From positions 2,109-61,045 of the forward strand of contig CAZHLF010000001.1 of assembly GCA_964532845.1 (NCBI GenBank): DNA of 58,937 nucleotides. Direction: 5' to 3'. Positions 38,870 through 48,108 of this stretch are shown piece after piece. Both the position numbers and the translations under genes were made by a program. Within the stretch, counting starts at the first letter, position 1; each line of letters starts with the position of its first letter. Under the pieces are notes generated by a model, which saw only the letters and a list, made by a program, of their open reading frames with translations, did not search any database and was not told the origin of the DNA. Source of the stretch: an uncultured Tissierella sp. (GTDB taxonomy: Bacteria > Bacillota > Clostridia > Tissierellales > Tissierellaceae).

Positions 38870-39241
38870 ATGAGATTAATAAATTTAGCTTTAATATTCA
38901 TGGGTTTATTATTTACAGGTATAGGAATGGTGGGAGTATTAATTCCTGTTCTTCCTACTACACCTTTTTTAATACTAGCATCAGTATGTTTTATGAAAAG
39001 CTCAGATAAGTTTGATAGATGGCTAAGGAAAACTAAGATTTATCAAAATTATGCAGAGGACTTTGTAAGAGATAGGTCTATGACCTTTAAGAGAAAGGCA
39101 AAACTTATGTTTATTTCAGACTTAATGCTTTTATTTCCCTTAATTAAATTAGACAGTATATATTTGAAACTTTTTATTGTGGCTATAATAATACTAAAGT
39201 ACTGGTTCTTTATATTTAAAATCCAAACTAAAAAAGAGTGA
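38870..39241 (+). CDS. YbaN/DUF454 membrane protein
   Basis: IPVLPTTPFLILA motif. Confidence 0.9.
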   Translation: MRLINLALIFMGLLFTGIGMVGVLIPVLPTTPFLILASVCFMKSSDKFDRWLRKTKIYQNYAEDFVRDRSMTFKRKAKLMFISDLMLLFPLIKLDSIYLKLFIVAIIILKYWFFIFKIQTKKE

Positions 39242-39300
39242 AAAAATGCAGCCTTGATAGCAAATCAAGACTGCATTTTATATTCAAGTTTACTTATTTA

Positions 39301-40887
39301 TTAATAGAACTTTTCTATATATTCTTCGTATGACATACTTCTGTCTACGAAGCTTCCATCATCTTTAATATCTATAATTCTATTTGCAATAGTTTGAATA
39401 AATTGATGGTCATGGGATGCAAATAGGATGTTGGATTTAAAGTTAATTAGTCCATCATTCACTGATGTAATTGATTCAAGGTCTAAGTGGTTAGTTGGTT
39501 GATCAAGAATCAATACATTGGCATTTGTAAGCATCATTTTTGATAGCATACAACGAACCTTTTCTCCTCCTGATAGGACCTTTGCTTGTTTAAGTGCCTC
39601 ATCACCAGAGAATAGCATTCTACCTAAAAATCCTCTTAGATATATTTCACTTTGTTCTTCTGAATATTGTCTTAACCAATCTACTAAGTTTAAATCAACA
39701 TCGTTAAAGTATTCAGAGTTATCCTTAGGGAAATAGGATTTAGTAATAGTAAGACCCCATTTGAATGAACCGCTATCAGGTTCCATTTCTCCAGTGATAA
39801 TTTTGAATAATGTTGAGATTCCAATTTCGTTTCCAATAAAGGCAATTTTATCATCTTTATTTATTCTAAAACTAACATTGTCAAGAACCTTAACCCCATC
39901 TATAGTCTTTGAAAGTTCTTCTACAGTTAAAATTTCATTACCTACTTCTCTATCCATTGTAAAGCCAACAAAAGGATATCTTCTTGTTGAAGGCTCTATA
40001 TCATCAAGAGTGATTTTTTCTAACAGCTTCTTACGAGAAGTAGCTTGTTTTGATTTGGAAGCATTAGCTGAGAATCTTGCGATGAAGTTTTGCAAATCCT
40101 TAATCTTTTCTTCCTTCTTCTTGTTTTGATCCTTCATAAGTTGAGCAGCTAATTGACTGGATTCATACCAGAAGTCGTAGTTTCCAACATACATTTTTAT
40201 TTTACCAAAGTCAATATCAACCATGTGAGTACATACCTCATTAAGGAAATGTCTATCATGGGATACTACAATTACTGTACCTTCAAAGTCTCCAAGGAAC
40301 TCTTGAAGCCATTTAATTGATTTTACATCAAGGTGGTTAGTAGGCTCATCAAGAATAAGGATTCCTGGCTTGCCAAATAGAGCTTGAGCTAAAAGTACTT
40401 TAACTTTATCATTACTGTTTAACTCGGAAACATTTTTATCATGAAGGCTAGTAGGTATACCTAATCCTTGAAGAAGAGAAGATGCTTCTGCTTCCGCACT
40501 CCAGCCATCCATTTCAGCAAACTCTCCTTCTAATTCTGCAGCCCTAATACCGTCTGCATCGTTGAAGTCTTCTTTCATATATATAGCGTCTTTTTCAATC
40601 ATTATGTCATATAGTCTTTTATTTCCCATTATTACAGTTTGAATTACTGGGAAATCATCGTATGCAAAGTGGTCCTGCTTTAGTACAGACATACGAGAAT
40701 TTGGAGCCACGTTTACTTCTCCAGTATTTGGTTCTAAATCTCCGGACAGGATCTTTAAGAAAGTACTCTTGCCAGCACCATTGGCTCCAATTACACCATA
40801 GCAGTTACCTGGGTTAAATACTAGGTTTACATCTTCGAACAACTTTTGTGAGCCATATCTTAGGCCAACATTATTTACACTAATCAA
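39301..40887 (-). CDS. ABC-F ribosome-associated ATPase (YkpA/YbiT-like)
   Basis: GANGAGKST, LDEPTNHLD, RFSANASKSKQA linker, LSGGE; no TM; likely TTG start 40887. Confidence 0.9.
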   Translation of the reverse strand: MISVNNVGLRYGSQKLFEDVNLVFNPGNCYGVIGANGAGKSTFLKILSGDLEPNTGEVNVAPNSRMSVLKQDHFAYDDFPVIQTVIMGNKRLYDIMIEKDAIYMKEDFNDADGIRAAELEGEFAEMDGWSAEAEASSLLQGLGIPTSLHDKNVSELNSNDKVKVLLAQALFGKPGILILDEPTNHLDVKSIKWLQEFLGDFEGTVIVVSHDRHFLNEVCTHMVDIDFGKIKMYVGNYDFWYESSQLAAQLMKDQNKKKEEKIKDLQNFIARFSANASKSKQATSRKKLLEKITLDDIEPSTRRYPFVGFTMDREVGNEILTVEELSKTIDGVKVLDNVSFRINKDDKIAFIGNEIGISTLFKIITGEMEPDSGSFKWGLTITKSYFPKDNSEYFNDVDLNLVDWLRQYSEEQSEIYLRGFLGRMLFSGDEALKQAKVLSGGEKVRCMLSKMMLTNANVLILDQPTNHLDLESITSVNDGLINFKSNILFASHDHQFIQTIANRIIDIKDDGSFVDRSMSYEEYIEKFY

Positions 40888-41016
40888 ATATTTCAATCCC
40901 CTTCTAAAATAATATCTTTTACCGATTCAAATAATTCAGCAGCATTTATTATACCATATAATATATAAGATTTGTGCAATAGTTGTGGAAAATATATTTT
41001 TAAGGAAAACCAATAT

Positions 41017-41033
41017 ATTACAATAATGTTACA
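41017..41033 (-). promoter_or_regulatory. WalR-type direct repeat
   Basis: RC TGTAAC-attat-TGTAAT. Confidence 0.4.
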
Positions 41034-41116
41034 AGAATGGAGTAGAAGATAAATAAGCCTTTTATGGGTAAATATATAGATATAGGATTAGATGCATGGT
41101 AGAGAGGAGAATTTCA

Positions 41117-41374
41117 ATGTTAACTCTTTTTAACAGAAAAGAACTAGCAATATGTCAAACACAAGAAAGATTTAATGATATACGAGATATACTTATAAAT
41201 AATAAGATTAGGTATTCATATGGAATTAAGGATAGAAATAGTTCAAATTTTATGGGGTCTCAGAGTGGTAGGACAGGAACCTTTGGACAAAACTTGGATG
41301 TGACAAAAACATATTACATCTATGTACATAAGAATGATTATAATGAAGCATTAGAGTTAATTGGTAGAAGATAA
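41117..41374 (+). CDS. Hypothetical protein
   Basis: RBS GAGGAG; MLTLFNRKEL...YYIYVHKNDY. Confidence 0.7.
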   Translation: MLTLFNRKELAICQTQERFNDIRDILINNKIRYSYGIKDRNSSNFMGSQSGRTGTFGQNLDVTKTYYIYVHKNDYNEALELIGRR

Positions 41375-41382
41375 TTACAAAA

Positions 41383-41414
41383 TAGAAACTGGAAGGTATA
41401 CCTTCCAGTTTCTA
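41383..41414. terminator. Bidirectional terminator
   Basis: TAGAAACTGGAAGG-tata-CCTTCCAGTTTCTA. Confidence 0.75.
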
Positions 41415-42005
41415 TTTTTCTAATAAATCCTTCTTAAATTTTTCATACTCTTTCAAGGTTGTTACCTGAGTTTCATCTTCTAATATAAAAGTTGGCACAC
41501 TTTCGATGTTATATACTGATTCTAAATTTTTAGATTCCTCCATAAATTCATCAAAGTTTCCCGCATCGATACATCTGTTCATTTCCACAATATTTAAGCC
41601 TGCTGAAAGTCCAATATCATTTATGACTTTAGGATCTGCTAGATTCTTAGCATCCTCAAACATCGCTTTAAAGGCTTCTTTACCAAATTCATAGAACTTA
41701 TCTTCTTTTTTTGAATAGAGGGCAGCTTTATGAAGTCTATGGGTATTGGATTTCTTAACTTTGTTATTGTAGATTAAGCCATATTCAGAACCTAGCCTAT
41801 TTATTCTCTTATAGCTCATCTCAATCTGATCCATGGGATATTGATCTGAAAAGTCGTATCCCTCAAAAGGAGCTTCAGGCTCTAGTTCGTAAGGATAAAA
41901 TTCAAAATTTACATCTGGATTTTCTTTTCTTAATCTGTCTGCGATTGAAAAACCAATATAACAAAATGGACATGCGAAATCAGAAAAAACTTTTATGGTA
42001 GTCAT
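41412..42005 (-). CDS. DsbA/FrnE-family oxidoreductase
   Basis: SDFACPFCYIG, IESVPTF. Confidence 0.88.
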   Translation of the reverse strand: MTTIKVFSDFACPFCYIGFSIADRLRKENPDVNFEFYPYELEPEAPFEGYDFSDQYPMDQIEMSYKRINRLGSEYGLIYNNKVKKSNTHRLHKAALYSKKEDKFYEFGKEAFKAMFEDAKNLADPKVINDIGLSAGLNIVEMNRCIDAGNFDEFMEESKNLESVYNIESVPTFILEDETQVTTLKEYEKFKKDLLEK

Positions 42006-42105
42006 TAAATCACTCCTTACTAATTCTTAAGTTAGTTATACCCATCCTATGTGTAAATAACCTTGGAAAAAATACTGTATTCTAAATGATAAATTGCCCA
42101 ATATA

Positions 42106-42134
42106 TTGACAATGGAATAATTAGGAAGTATATT
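42106..42134 (+). promoter_or_regulatory. sigmaA promoter, originally for padR gene, now separated by the IS
   Basis: TTGACA-N17-TATATT. Confidence 0.65.
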
Positions 42135-42158
42135 GATAGTAGATATATCGATAATAGA

Positions 42159-43911
42159 TAAGTAATTGCGAAACTATTTAATTAAATTTGGGGAAAAGAA
42201 ATATTAATCCTTCAAAAACAATAAAGGGATTATATAAAGTAAGATTTAATATGGATATAAAATTTGTCTTGAAAAATGGGCGTAACAAAAAGAAGGTTTA
42301 GATTTCAGGGGACATGAGAAATTCAAAAGGACTACTACGCAATTAATGATTTTAAACTTCTTATGTATTCATGCTTATGAATTTTATCAGCTGTAACAAC
42401 AGTAAGAAGTTGGGTAATTCCAGAAAGAAGTAAATCTGCATGAAGAGTTTTTTCGTTTTGAGTTCTTCGTTCTGCAATGCAGTAACTGTCCTTGAACTGG
42501 TAGATAGTTTTTTCAATATTTGCTCTGATTTTATAGGTATTATCCCATTCTTCTGTTCCGCGAAGGGTTCCAGGATATGCACGCAGGTCCTTTTCCGGAT
42601 ATAAGTGAATCATTCTACCACTGATAGAATCAGTACATGGATTATCACACTGACAAACTCGATGACGGTTTTTCCAACGTATTTTAGGACATACAAATTT
42701 GTAGCGAGTAACACCACTCTTAAGTTTTGAGGTACCTTCATATTTCATTGGAAGAGAAGGATTATGAGGACAACATGGAATACCATCTTCATTGATTATG
42801 TAATCTGTATTTTCAAGTTTTGAACGGTGATTTAATGGGATATAGGCTTTTTCAAAGTGTAAATCTTTAAAAAGTGATTTATATATTCCTACGGAATCAA
42901 AAGCTGAATCACCAAGGAAGTATTTAGGATTGATTAATGGATGTTTGTTGAAAAAATCAGTAAGTGTGGGGATGATAAGTCTTGCATCATGAATAGATTT
43001 ATCCTCACTAGGTGAATCTGATTTCTTATCAGCTATAATTTCAGGATGACTATCAGTAAACTGTTTGTTATAGAAGTTAATATTTCTAACAATTCCAAGG
43101 CCATTGGTAATAATACCAAACTTGAAAGCATAACAAAAGTGACCATTAATATAAAGTTGTTTAATATTAGGATTAGCAGCAGCATGTGGGGGCATTGAGC
43201 CATAAGCAGCTTTATAGGGATCATAGGATTTGTTAAAATTCATAGCTTTAGCATAAGCTTTTAACTGCTTGATTATACGATTAGCAAATTTAGGATTGTT
43301 TTCAGTAACAAAAGCTTCGATACCAGAAGTATCAAAGATAGTCATAGAAGCAAGTTCTTGATTAATGTCCTGACAAATGGGTTCAGTTACATCAACAAGA
43401 TTATCAAACATTAACTGTAAGTCAGGTAAGAAATCCTGTTTAAACCTAGTAAATTTGGAAGCGTCGGGAACCTTTCTAAATCCACAAAAATCTCTTAAAT
43501 CCCTAGAATACTTAAGAAAAACAATAAGAAGAGTATCTGTAGGAATAGAAAGAATGCGTTGGATGATAAGAGCCCAAATCATAGCATGTAGATTATATTT
43601 ACGAGGTCTTCCAGTATAAGCATAATAATGGTCATAAAAGGAATGAGGAATAAACTCATTAAGATTAATATTATTCTCCAGAAGACTAAGAAAAGCAGGT
43701 TTATCAGAATCAAAAATATTTTGGCAATCTATAAAAATTTCTGTCAAAGAAAGCTGTTTGTATGGTAACATATAAGTACAACTCCTTTCTTGGGATATGG
43801 TGGATATTGTTTTCGTTAATTCAATTTTACCATAAATCAGTGAGGAGTTGTTTGTTTTTTAAGAAAGAATATCCTGATTTTATCAGGGTTTTGGCGTTTT
43901 GCAAACGCCTA
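42159..43911 (-). mobile_element. Insertion sequence (DDE; ISNCY/IS1182-like) with imperfect terminal IRs and 12-14 bp target duplication
   Basis: Direct repeat ATCGATAATAGA(TA) at 42147-42160 and 43912-43925; ends TAAGTAATTGCGAAAC vs TAGGCGTTTGCAAAAC. Confidence 0.85.
42335..43771 (-). CDS. DDE transposase
   Basis: TGRPRKY, VPDASKFTRF, IFDTSG, LGDSAFD, YKIRANIEK; flanked by IRs and DRs. Confidence 0.88.
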   Translation of the reverse strand: MLPYKQLSLTEIFIDCQNIFDSDKPAFLSLLENNINLNEFIPHSFYDHYYAYTGRPRKYNLHAMIWALIIQRILSIPTDTLLIVFLKYSRDLRDFCGFRKVPDASKFTRFKQDFLPDLQLMFDNLVDVTEPICQDINQELASMTIFDTSGIEAFVTENNPKFANRIIKQLKAYAKAMNFNKSYDPYKAAYGSMPPHAAANPNIKQLYINGHFCYAFKFGIITNGLGIVRNINFYNKQFTDSHPEIIADKKSDSPSEDKSIHDARLIIPTLTDFFNKHPLINPKYFLGDSAFDSVGIYKSLFKDLHFEKAYIPLNHRSKLENTDYIINEDGIPCCPHNPSLPMKYEGTSKLKSGVTRYKFVCPKIRWKNRHRVCQCDNPCTDSISGRMIHLYPEKDLRAYPGTLRGTEEWDNTYKIRANIEKTIYQFKDSYCIAERRTQNEKTLHADLLLSGITQLLTVVTADKIHKHEYIRSLKSLIA

Positions 43912-43940
43912 ATCGATAATAGATATAGAGAGGTGATAAA

Positions 43941-44384
43941 GTGGCAAGAGAACAGTTTCAAACTTTAACTGAACCAATGTATTATATATTATTGTCTTTA
44001 ACTGAGGAAAGATATGGTTATGAGATAATGCAGATTATTTTGGAAAGAACAAAAGAAAGAGTAAAGATAGGTCCTGGAACCTTATATACTCTACTCTCTA
44101 GATTTGAAAAAGAAGAATTAATAAAGCAGGTTTCTGATGATGGAAGAAGAAAAACATATTTGATAACACAAAATGGCAGGGGGCTATTATTGGAGGAATA
44201 CAATAGGCTTAAGAGCCTAGTAGAAGATGGGGGTAGATACCTTTTCAGTAACACTACTGGTGAAATGGCAAATAATCCATCATCGCAACCCACTAATGAA
44301 TTATATAGACATCCTATAAATGAATCTTCACCAGAACCTGCAATTAAAAAGAAGAAAAGACGAGATGATGATATTTTACTATAA
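43941..44384 (+). CDS. PadR-family transcriptional regulator
   Basis: LTEPMYYILLSL, YGYEIM, GPGTLY, RRKTYLIT. Confidence 0.9.
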   Translation: MAREQFQTLTEPMYYILLSLTEERYGYEIMQIILERTKERVKIGPGTLYTLLSRFEKEELIKQVSDDGRRKTYLITQNGRGLLLEEYNRLKSLVEDGGRYLFSNTTGEMANNPSSQPTNELYRHPINESSPEPAIKKKKRRDDDILL

Positions 44385-44471
44385 TCTTCATGTATGAAAG
44401 TAATTAGAAAAGTGCGATAATGATGTTAATTAAGGATGGGTTTAACTATACTTTTATTTAGGAGGTTTTAC

Positions 44472-45407
44472 ATGTTAACTGAAATAAACCAACAAATTTT
44501 AGAGTTGAAAGAAATACTTAGAACAAAGGAAAAGCTCCAGTCCCTTAAAGATATGGTAAGTGATGAGTTGGAGAATAAAAGATCTCAAGCTTTAGTACTT
44601 GAAGGCATGTTAACTGATGAAGAGAAGGATGTAATTAGATTAGAGGGCACTAGCTTTAGCTCCATATTTTTGTCTTTAATAGGTAAAAAGGAAGAAAAGC
44701 TTGAGAAAGAACGGGAAGAATATTTGCTCGCAAAGCTAAAGTATGAGGAATGTTTAAGGTCCATTAAAAAGTTGGATGATGAACTTAAATATGCAAATAG
44801 TGAATTAAAAAGATATAAGGGCACAAAGGAAGAATATGATAAATTAATCAATGAAAAGCAATCCCTTCTAATAAAAGAAGGTGGAAGTAGCGGAAAGAAA
44901 ATTAGTGAAAACCTAAATGCGATTAATGAGATAAGACTGGACATAAAGGAGTTAAGAGAAGCAATAACAGCTGGAGAAAGGGCACTTGCATCTTTAGATA
45001 AAGTGCAGGACTCATTGGAAAGTGCCAAGGGTTGGGGGACCTGGGATATATTAGGTGGAGGCCTATTATCAAATATGGCTAAGCATTCTGCAATAGATGA
45101 TGCCAATAATAATGCCCATGATTTCCAACGTTTACTAAGGAATTTTGAGAAGGAACTTTTAGATGTAAATGAATTTAATGATATTGAATTAAATCTTTCA
45201 TCTTTTGCTAGCTTTGCAGACTTTTTTCTTGATGGATTCTTTGCAGATTGGTTTGTTCAATCAAAGATAAATGACTCCATAGCAAATACTCAAAATGCAA
45301 ACCGTAGGCTTAATAGTATAGTAAATGATTTGAGAAATGATTTAAATACACTAGAAACAGATTTAAGAAAAAGAGAAAAAGAAATTAAAGACCTATTAGA
45401 AAGTTAA
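44472..45407 (+). CDS. Hypothetical coiled-coil protein
   Basis: RBS AGGAGG; heptad-rich with WGTWDILGGG and DFFLDGFFADW motifs. Confidence 0.75.
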   Translation: MLTEINQQILELKEILRTKEKLQSLKDMVSDELENKRSQALVLEGMLTDEEKDVIRLEGTSFSSIFLSLIGKKEEKLEKEREEYLLAKLKYEECLRSIKKLDDELKYANSELKRYKGTKEEYDKLINEKQSLLIKEGGSSGKKISENLNAINEIRLDIKELREAITAGERALASLDKVQDSLESAKGWGTWDILGGGLLSNMAKHSAIDDANNNAHDFQRLLRNFEKELLDVNEFNDIELNLSSFASFADFFLDGFFADWFVQSKINDSIANTQNANRRLNSIVNDLRNDLNTLETDLRKREKEIKDLLES

Positions 45408-45477
45408 ATTCATTGGGGACAGTCCCCATTGGGGACCGTCCCCAATGAATTCCACTAGGGGACGGTCCTTTGATGGA
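45407..45477. repeat. GGGGAC/GTCCCC palindrome cluster (REP-like doublet plus partial third unit)
   Basis: AATTCATTGGGGACAGTCCCC-att-GGGGACCGTCCCCAATGAATT then GGGGACGGTCC. Confidence 0.7.
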
Positions 45478-45556
45478 GTTGGATGAACATTATTATATTG
45501 TGTTTATTTAAGAATAATAGTAAAATAATTAGAGAAACGAAATATCAGGGGGGATA

Positions 45557-47380
45557 ATGATGGCAAAGGCTTTACCTGAAAGAAAAGATGTGGATGAAAA
45601 GTTAACCTGGGATTTAACTGCAATATTTGAAACTGAAGAGGACTATGAAAAGGCTGTAAATGAAGCAGAAGAGCTATCTAAAGATATTGAAAGAGACTTT
45701 AAAAACAATCTAAATAATTCAGATAATATAAACTCATGTTTAGACAAACTTCAGTTACTGGAAAAACTAGCTACATTAACTGGTACATATGCCCACTTAA
45801 ATACATCAGTTGATCAAACTAATGTAGAAAACCAAATAAGACTTATGAAGCTTTCAAATATTATGTCTGATTTGGAATCTAGAATAAGCTTTATAGAAAG
45901 TGAAATAATTCAGGCGGATGAAGATGTAATTTTACAAGCAATGAATAATTCCCAAAGCAACAAAGGATTTCTTAAGAAGATAATCAGAAGAAAACCCCAT
46001 GTACTTCATCCTGAGGTGGAAAAGACTTTAGCTGGTCTTTCCAATATTCTTGGAGGACCATATACAATATATAACAAAGCAAAGCTTGCTGATATGGATT
46101 TTGGAACATTTGAAGTAGATGGAAAAGAATATCCTTTAAGTTTTGTGTTATTTGAAGGTGAATGGGAGTACAATAGCGATACAAAGCTTAGACGTGCTGC
46201 ATTTGATGCTTTTTCAAAGAAGATAAGAGAATATCAACATACAATAGCTGGTGCATATCAGCTTCAGGTACAAAAAGAAAAATCAATGGCAACATTAAGA
46301 GGCTTCGATTCAGTAATAGATAGCCTTTTATTCCCACAAGAGGTTGATGGAGAACTTTACAACAGACAAATAGATTTAATAATGGAACATCTTGCTCCTC
46401 ATATGAGAAAGTATGCAAAGCTTTTACAAAAGCTACATAAGCTTGATGAGATGAGTTTTGCGGATCTTAAAATAGATGTAGACCCAGATTTTGAGCCTTC
46501 AATTACGGTTGAAGAGTCCAGGAAGTATATAGAAGGAGCTTTATCTGTTCTGGGTGAAGACTATATGGAAGCAATAAATAGAGCCTTTGATGAAAGATGG
46601 ATAGATTTCCCACAAAACAAGGGAAAATCAACAGGTGCATTTTGCTCAAGCCCATATGGAGGGCATCCATTTATCCTAATTTCATGGACTGAAAGAATGA
46701 GAGAAGTTTTCGTCCTAGCTCATGAATTAGGGCATGCAGGACATTTCTACTTGGCACAAAGAGCTCAAAATATATTTAACACAAGACCTTCTCTATATTG
46801 TATTGAAGCACCTTCTACAATGAATGAGATGCTAATGGCTAATTATTTGATGAAGAATTCTGATGATAAGAGAATGAAAAGATGGGTATTATCCTCAATT
46901 ATCAGCAGGACATATTATCACAATTTTGTAACTCATCTACTGGAAGCTCATTATCAAAGAGAGGTATATAGGATAGTTGATGGTGGTGGAGGGGTTACGG
47001 CTTCTAAACTAAGCCAGCTTAAGAAGGAAACCCTTGAGAAATTCTGGGGGGATACAGTAAAGATTAATGATGGTGCAGAACTTACCTGGATGAGACAGCC
47101 ACATTATTACATGGGACTTTATCCATATACTTACAGTGCAGGTCTTACAATAGCTACTGAGGTAAGTAAGAGAATTTTAACAGAAGGTCAAGAGGCAATC
47201 GATGACTGGAGAGAGGTTCTTAAGGCAGGAGGAACTCTAAGTCCGGTAGAATTAGCTGCTCTAGCAAAGGTTGATATTACAACTGATAAGCCACTAATGA
47301 ACACTATAGAGCATATTGGAAATATAATTGATCAGATTATTAAGCTAACAGAAGAAATTGATGGAATTACAATAGATTAA
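45557..47380 (+). CDS. pepF: Oligoendopeptidase F (M3B)
   Basis: TWDL, GKSTGAF, HELGH, EAPS, PHYY. Confidence 0.93.
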   Translation: MMAKALPERKDVDEKLTWDLTAIFETEEDYEKAVNEAEELSKDIERDFKNNLNNSDNINSCLDKLQLLEKLATLTGTYAHLNTSVDQTNVENQIRLMKLSNIMSDLESRISFIESEIIQADEDVILQAMNNSQSNKGFLKKIIRRKPHVLHPEVEKTLAGLSNILGGPYTIYNKAKLADMDFGTFEVDGKEYPLSFVLFEGEWEYNSDTKLRRAAFDAFSKKIREYQHTIAGAYQLQVQKEKSMATLRGFDSVIDSLLFPQEVDGELYNRQIDLIMEHLAPHMRKYAKLLQKLHKLDEMSFADLKIDVDPDFEPSITVEESRKYIEGALSVLGEDYMEAINRAFDERWIDFPQNKGKSTGAFCSSPYGGHPFILISWTERMREVFVLAHELGHAGHFYLAQRAQNIFNTRPSLYCIEAPSTMNEMLMANYLMKNSDDKRMKRWVLSSIISRTYYHNFVTHLLEAHYQREVYRIVDGGGGVTASKLSQLKKETLEKFWGDTVKINDGAELTWMRQPHYYMGLYPYTYSAGLTIATEVSKRILTEGQEAIDDWREVLKAGGTLSPVELAALAKVDITTDKPLMNTIEHIGNIIDQIIKLTEEIDGITID

Positions 47381-47392
47381 CGATATATACTA

Positions 47393-47424
47393 AAATAGGT
47401 CATCCAAATCAGGATGACCTATTT
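47393..47424. terminator. Bidirectional terminator
   Basis: AAATAGGTCATCC...GGATGACCTATTT. Confidence 0.75.
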
Positions 47425-47425
47425 A

Positions 47426-47872
47426 TTACTCAATTTCTATTTGCTTTGATGTTATTACTTGTTGCTGTTTTGGAACAGTTATGGATAAAATTCCATTGTC
47501 CAGCTTAGCTTTAATATCTTCGGATGTTGCATCTGCTAGATAAATACTACGTTTCATAGAAGTAAAACTACTTTCCTTGTGAACATAATTGTTCTTTTCT
47601 TCTTCTACTTTGTTTTCTCTCTCTACAGAGATATTTAGCTTACCTTCATTTAATTCAAGCTTAATTTCCTCTTTTTTAACACCTGGAAGTTCAGCTTCTA
47701 CTATATATTCTTTATCATTTTCTTTAATGTTAATTTTGAATGAGCCTTGAATAAAGTTTCTGGTTGATAACCAATTATCATTAAAAAAGTTATCCACCAT
47801 GTTGTAGAAGTCTTCAAAACTTGAATTCATTATACTATTGTTTCTTCTGTTAAATGGTACTAGTCTACTCAT
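47426..47872 (-). CDS. Small heat-shock protein Hsp20/Hsp18
   Basis: AELPGVKKEEI, AKLDNGILSITVPK. Confidence 0.93.
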   Translation of the reverse strand: MSRLVPFNRRNNSIMNSSFEDFYNMVDNFFNDNWLSTRNFIQGSFKINIKENDKEYIVEAELPGVKKEEIKLELNEGKLNISVERENKVEEEKNNYVHKESSFTSMKRSIYLADATSEDIKAKLDNGILSITVPKQQQVITSKQIEIE

Positions 47873-47900
47873 GATTCACAACTCCTTTATTTTTATTTTG

Positions 47901-47927
47901 TTAGCACTCGGCATCGTTGAGTGCTAA
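47901..47927. promoter_or_regulatory. CIRCE operator (HrcA site)
   Basis: Perfect TTAGCACTC-N9-GAGTGCTAA upstream of hsp20. Confidence 0.95.
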
Positions 47928-47938
47928 TATCTATTTTT

Positions 47939-47967
47939 ATATTACATCTATTTTTAAAATGTGTCAA
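47939..47967 (-). promoter_or_regulatory. sigmaA promoter of hsp20
   Basis: RC TTGACA-N17-TAATAT. Confidence 0.65.
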
Positions 47968-48108
47968 GTGTATTTTTTAAGGAGAGCAATAAGACCAAAA
48001 ATGGCCTTTTGATTTAAAGTTCATCTTAAATGGTATATAATCTGATATAGATAATACATAAGTTTTAAATGGGAGAGACCGTAGGAAGTTAAACATAAGG
48101 AGGAGCAT

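Noticed and set aside
38824-39009. 61-aa ORF overlapping ybaN
   Set aside because: Alternative frame of a well-supported gene
43828-43837. TACCATAAAT identical to the rlmH att-like core, suggesting a 35-kb island
   Set aside because: Only 10 bp, lies inside the IS (probably its -10 region), no recombinase, and housekeeping genes such as ychF lie between
44585-45106. 173-aa antisense ORF (and similar ones at 54079-54651, 52584-53033, 56997-57368)
   Set aside because: Ser/Leu/Ile-rich shadow ORFs opposite real genes, expected from codon bias
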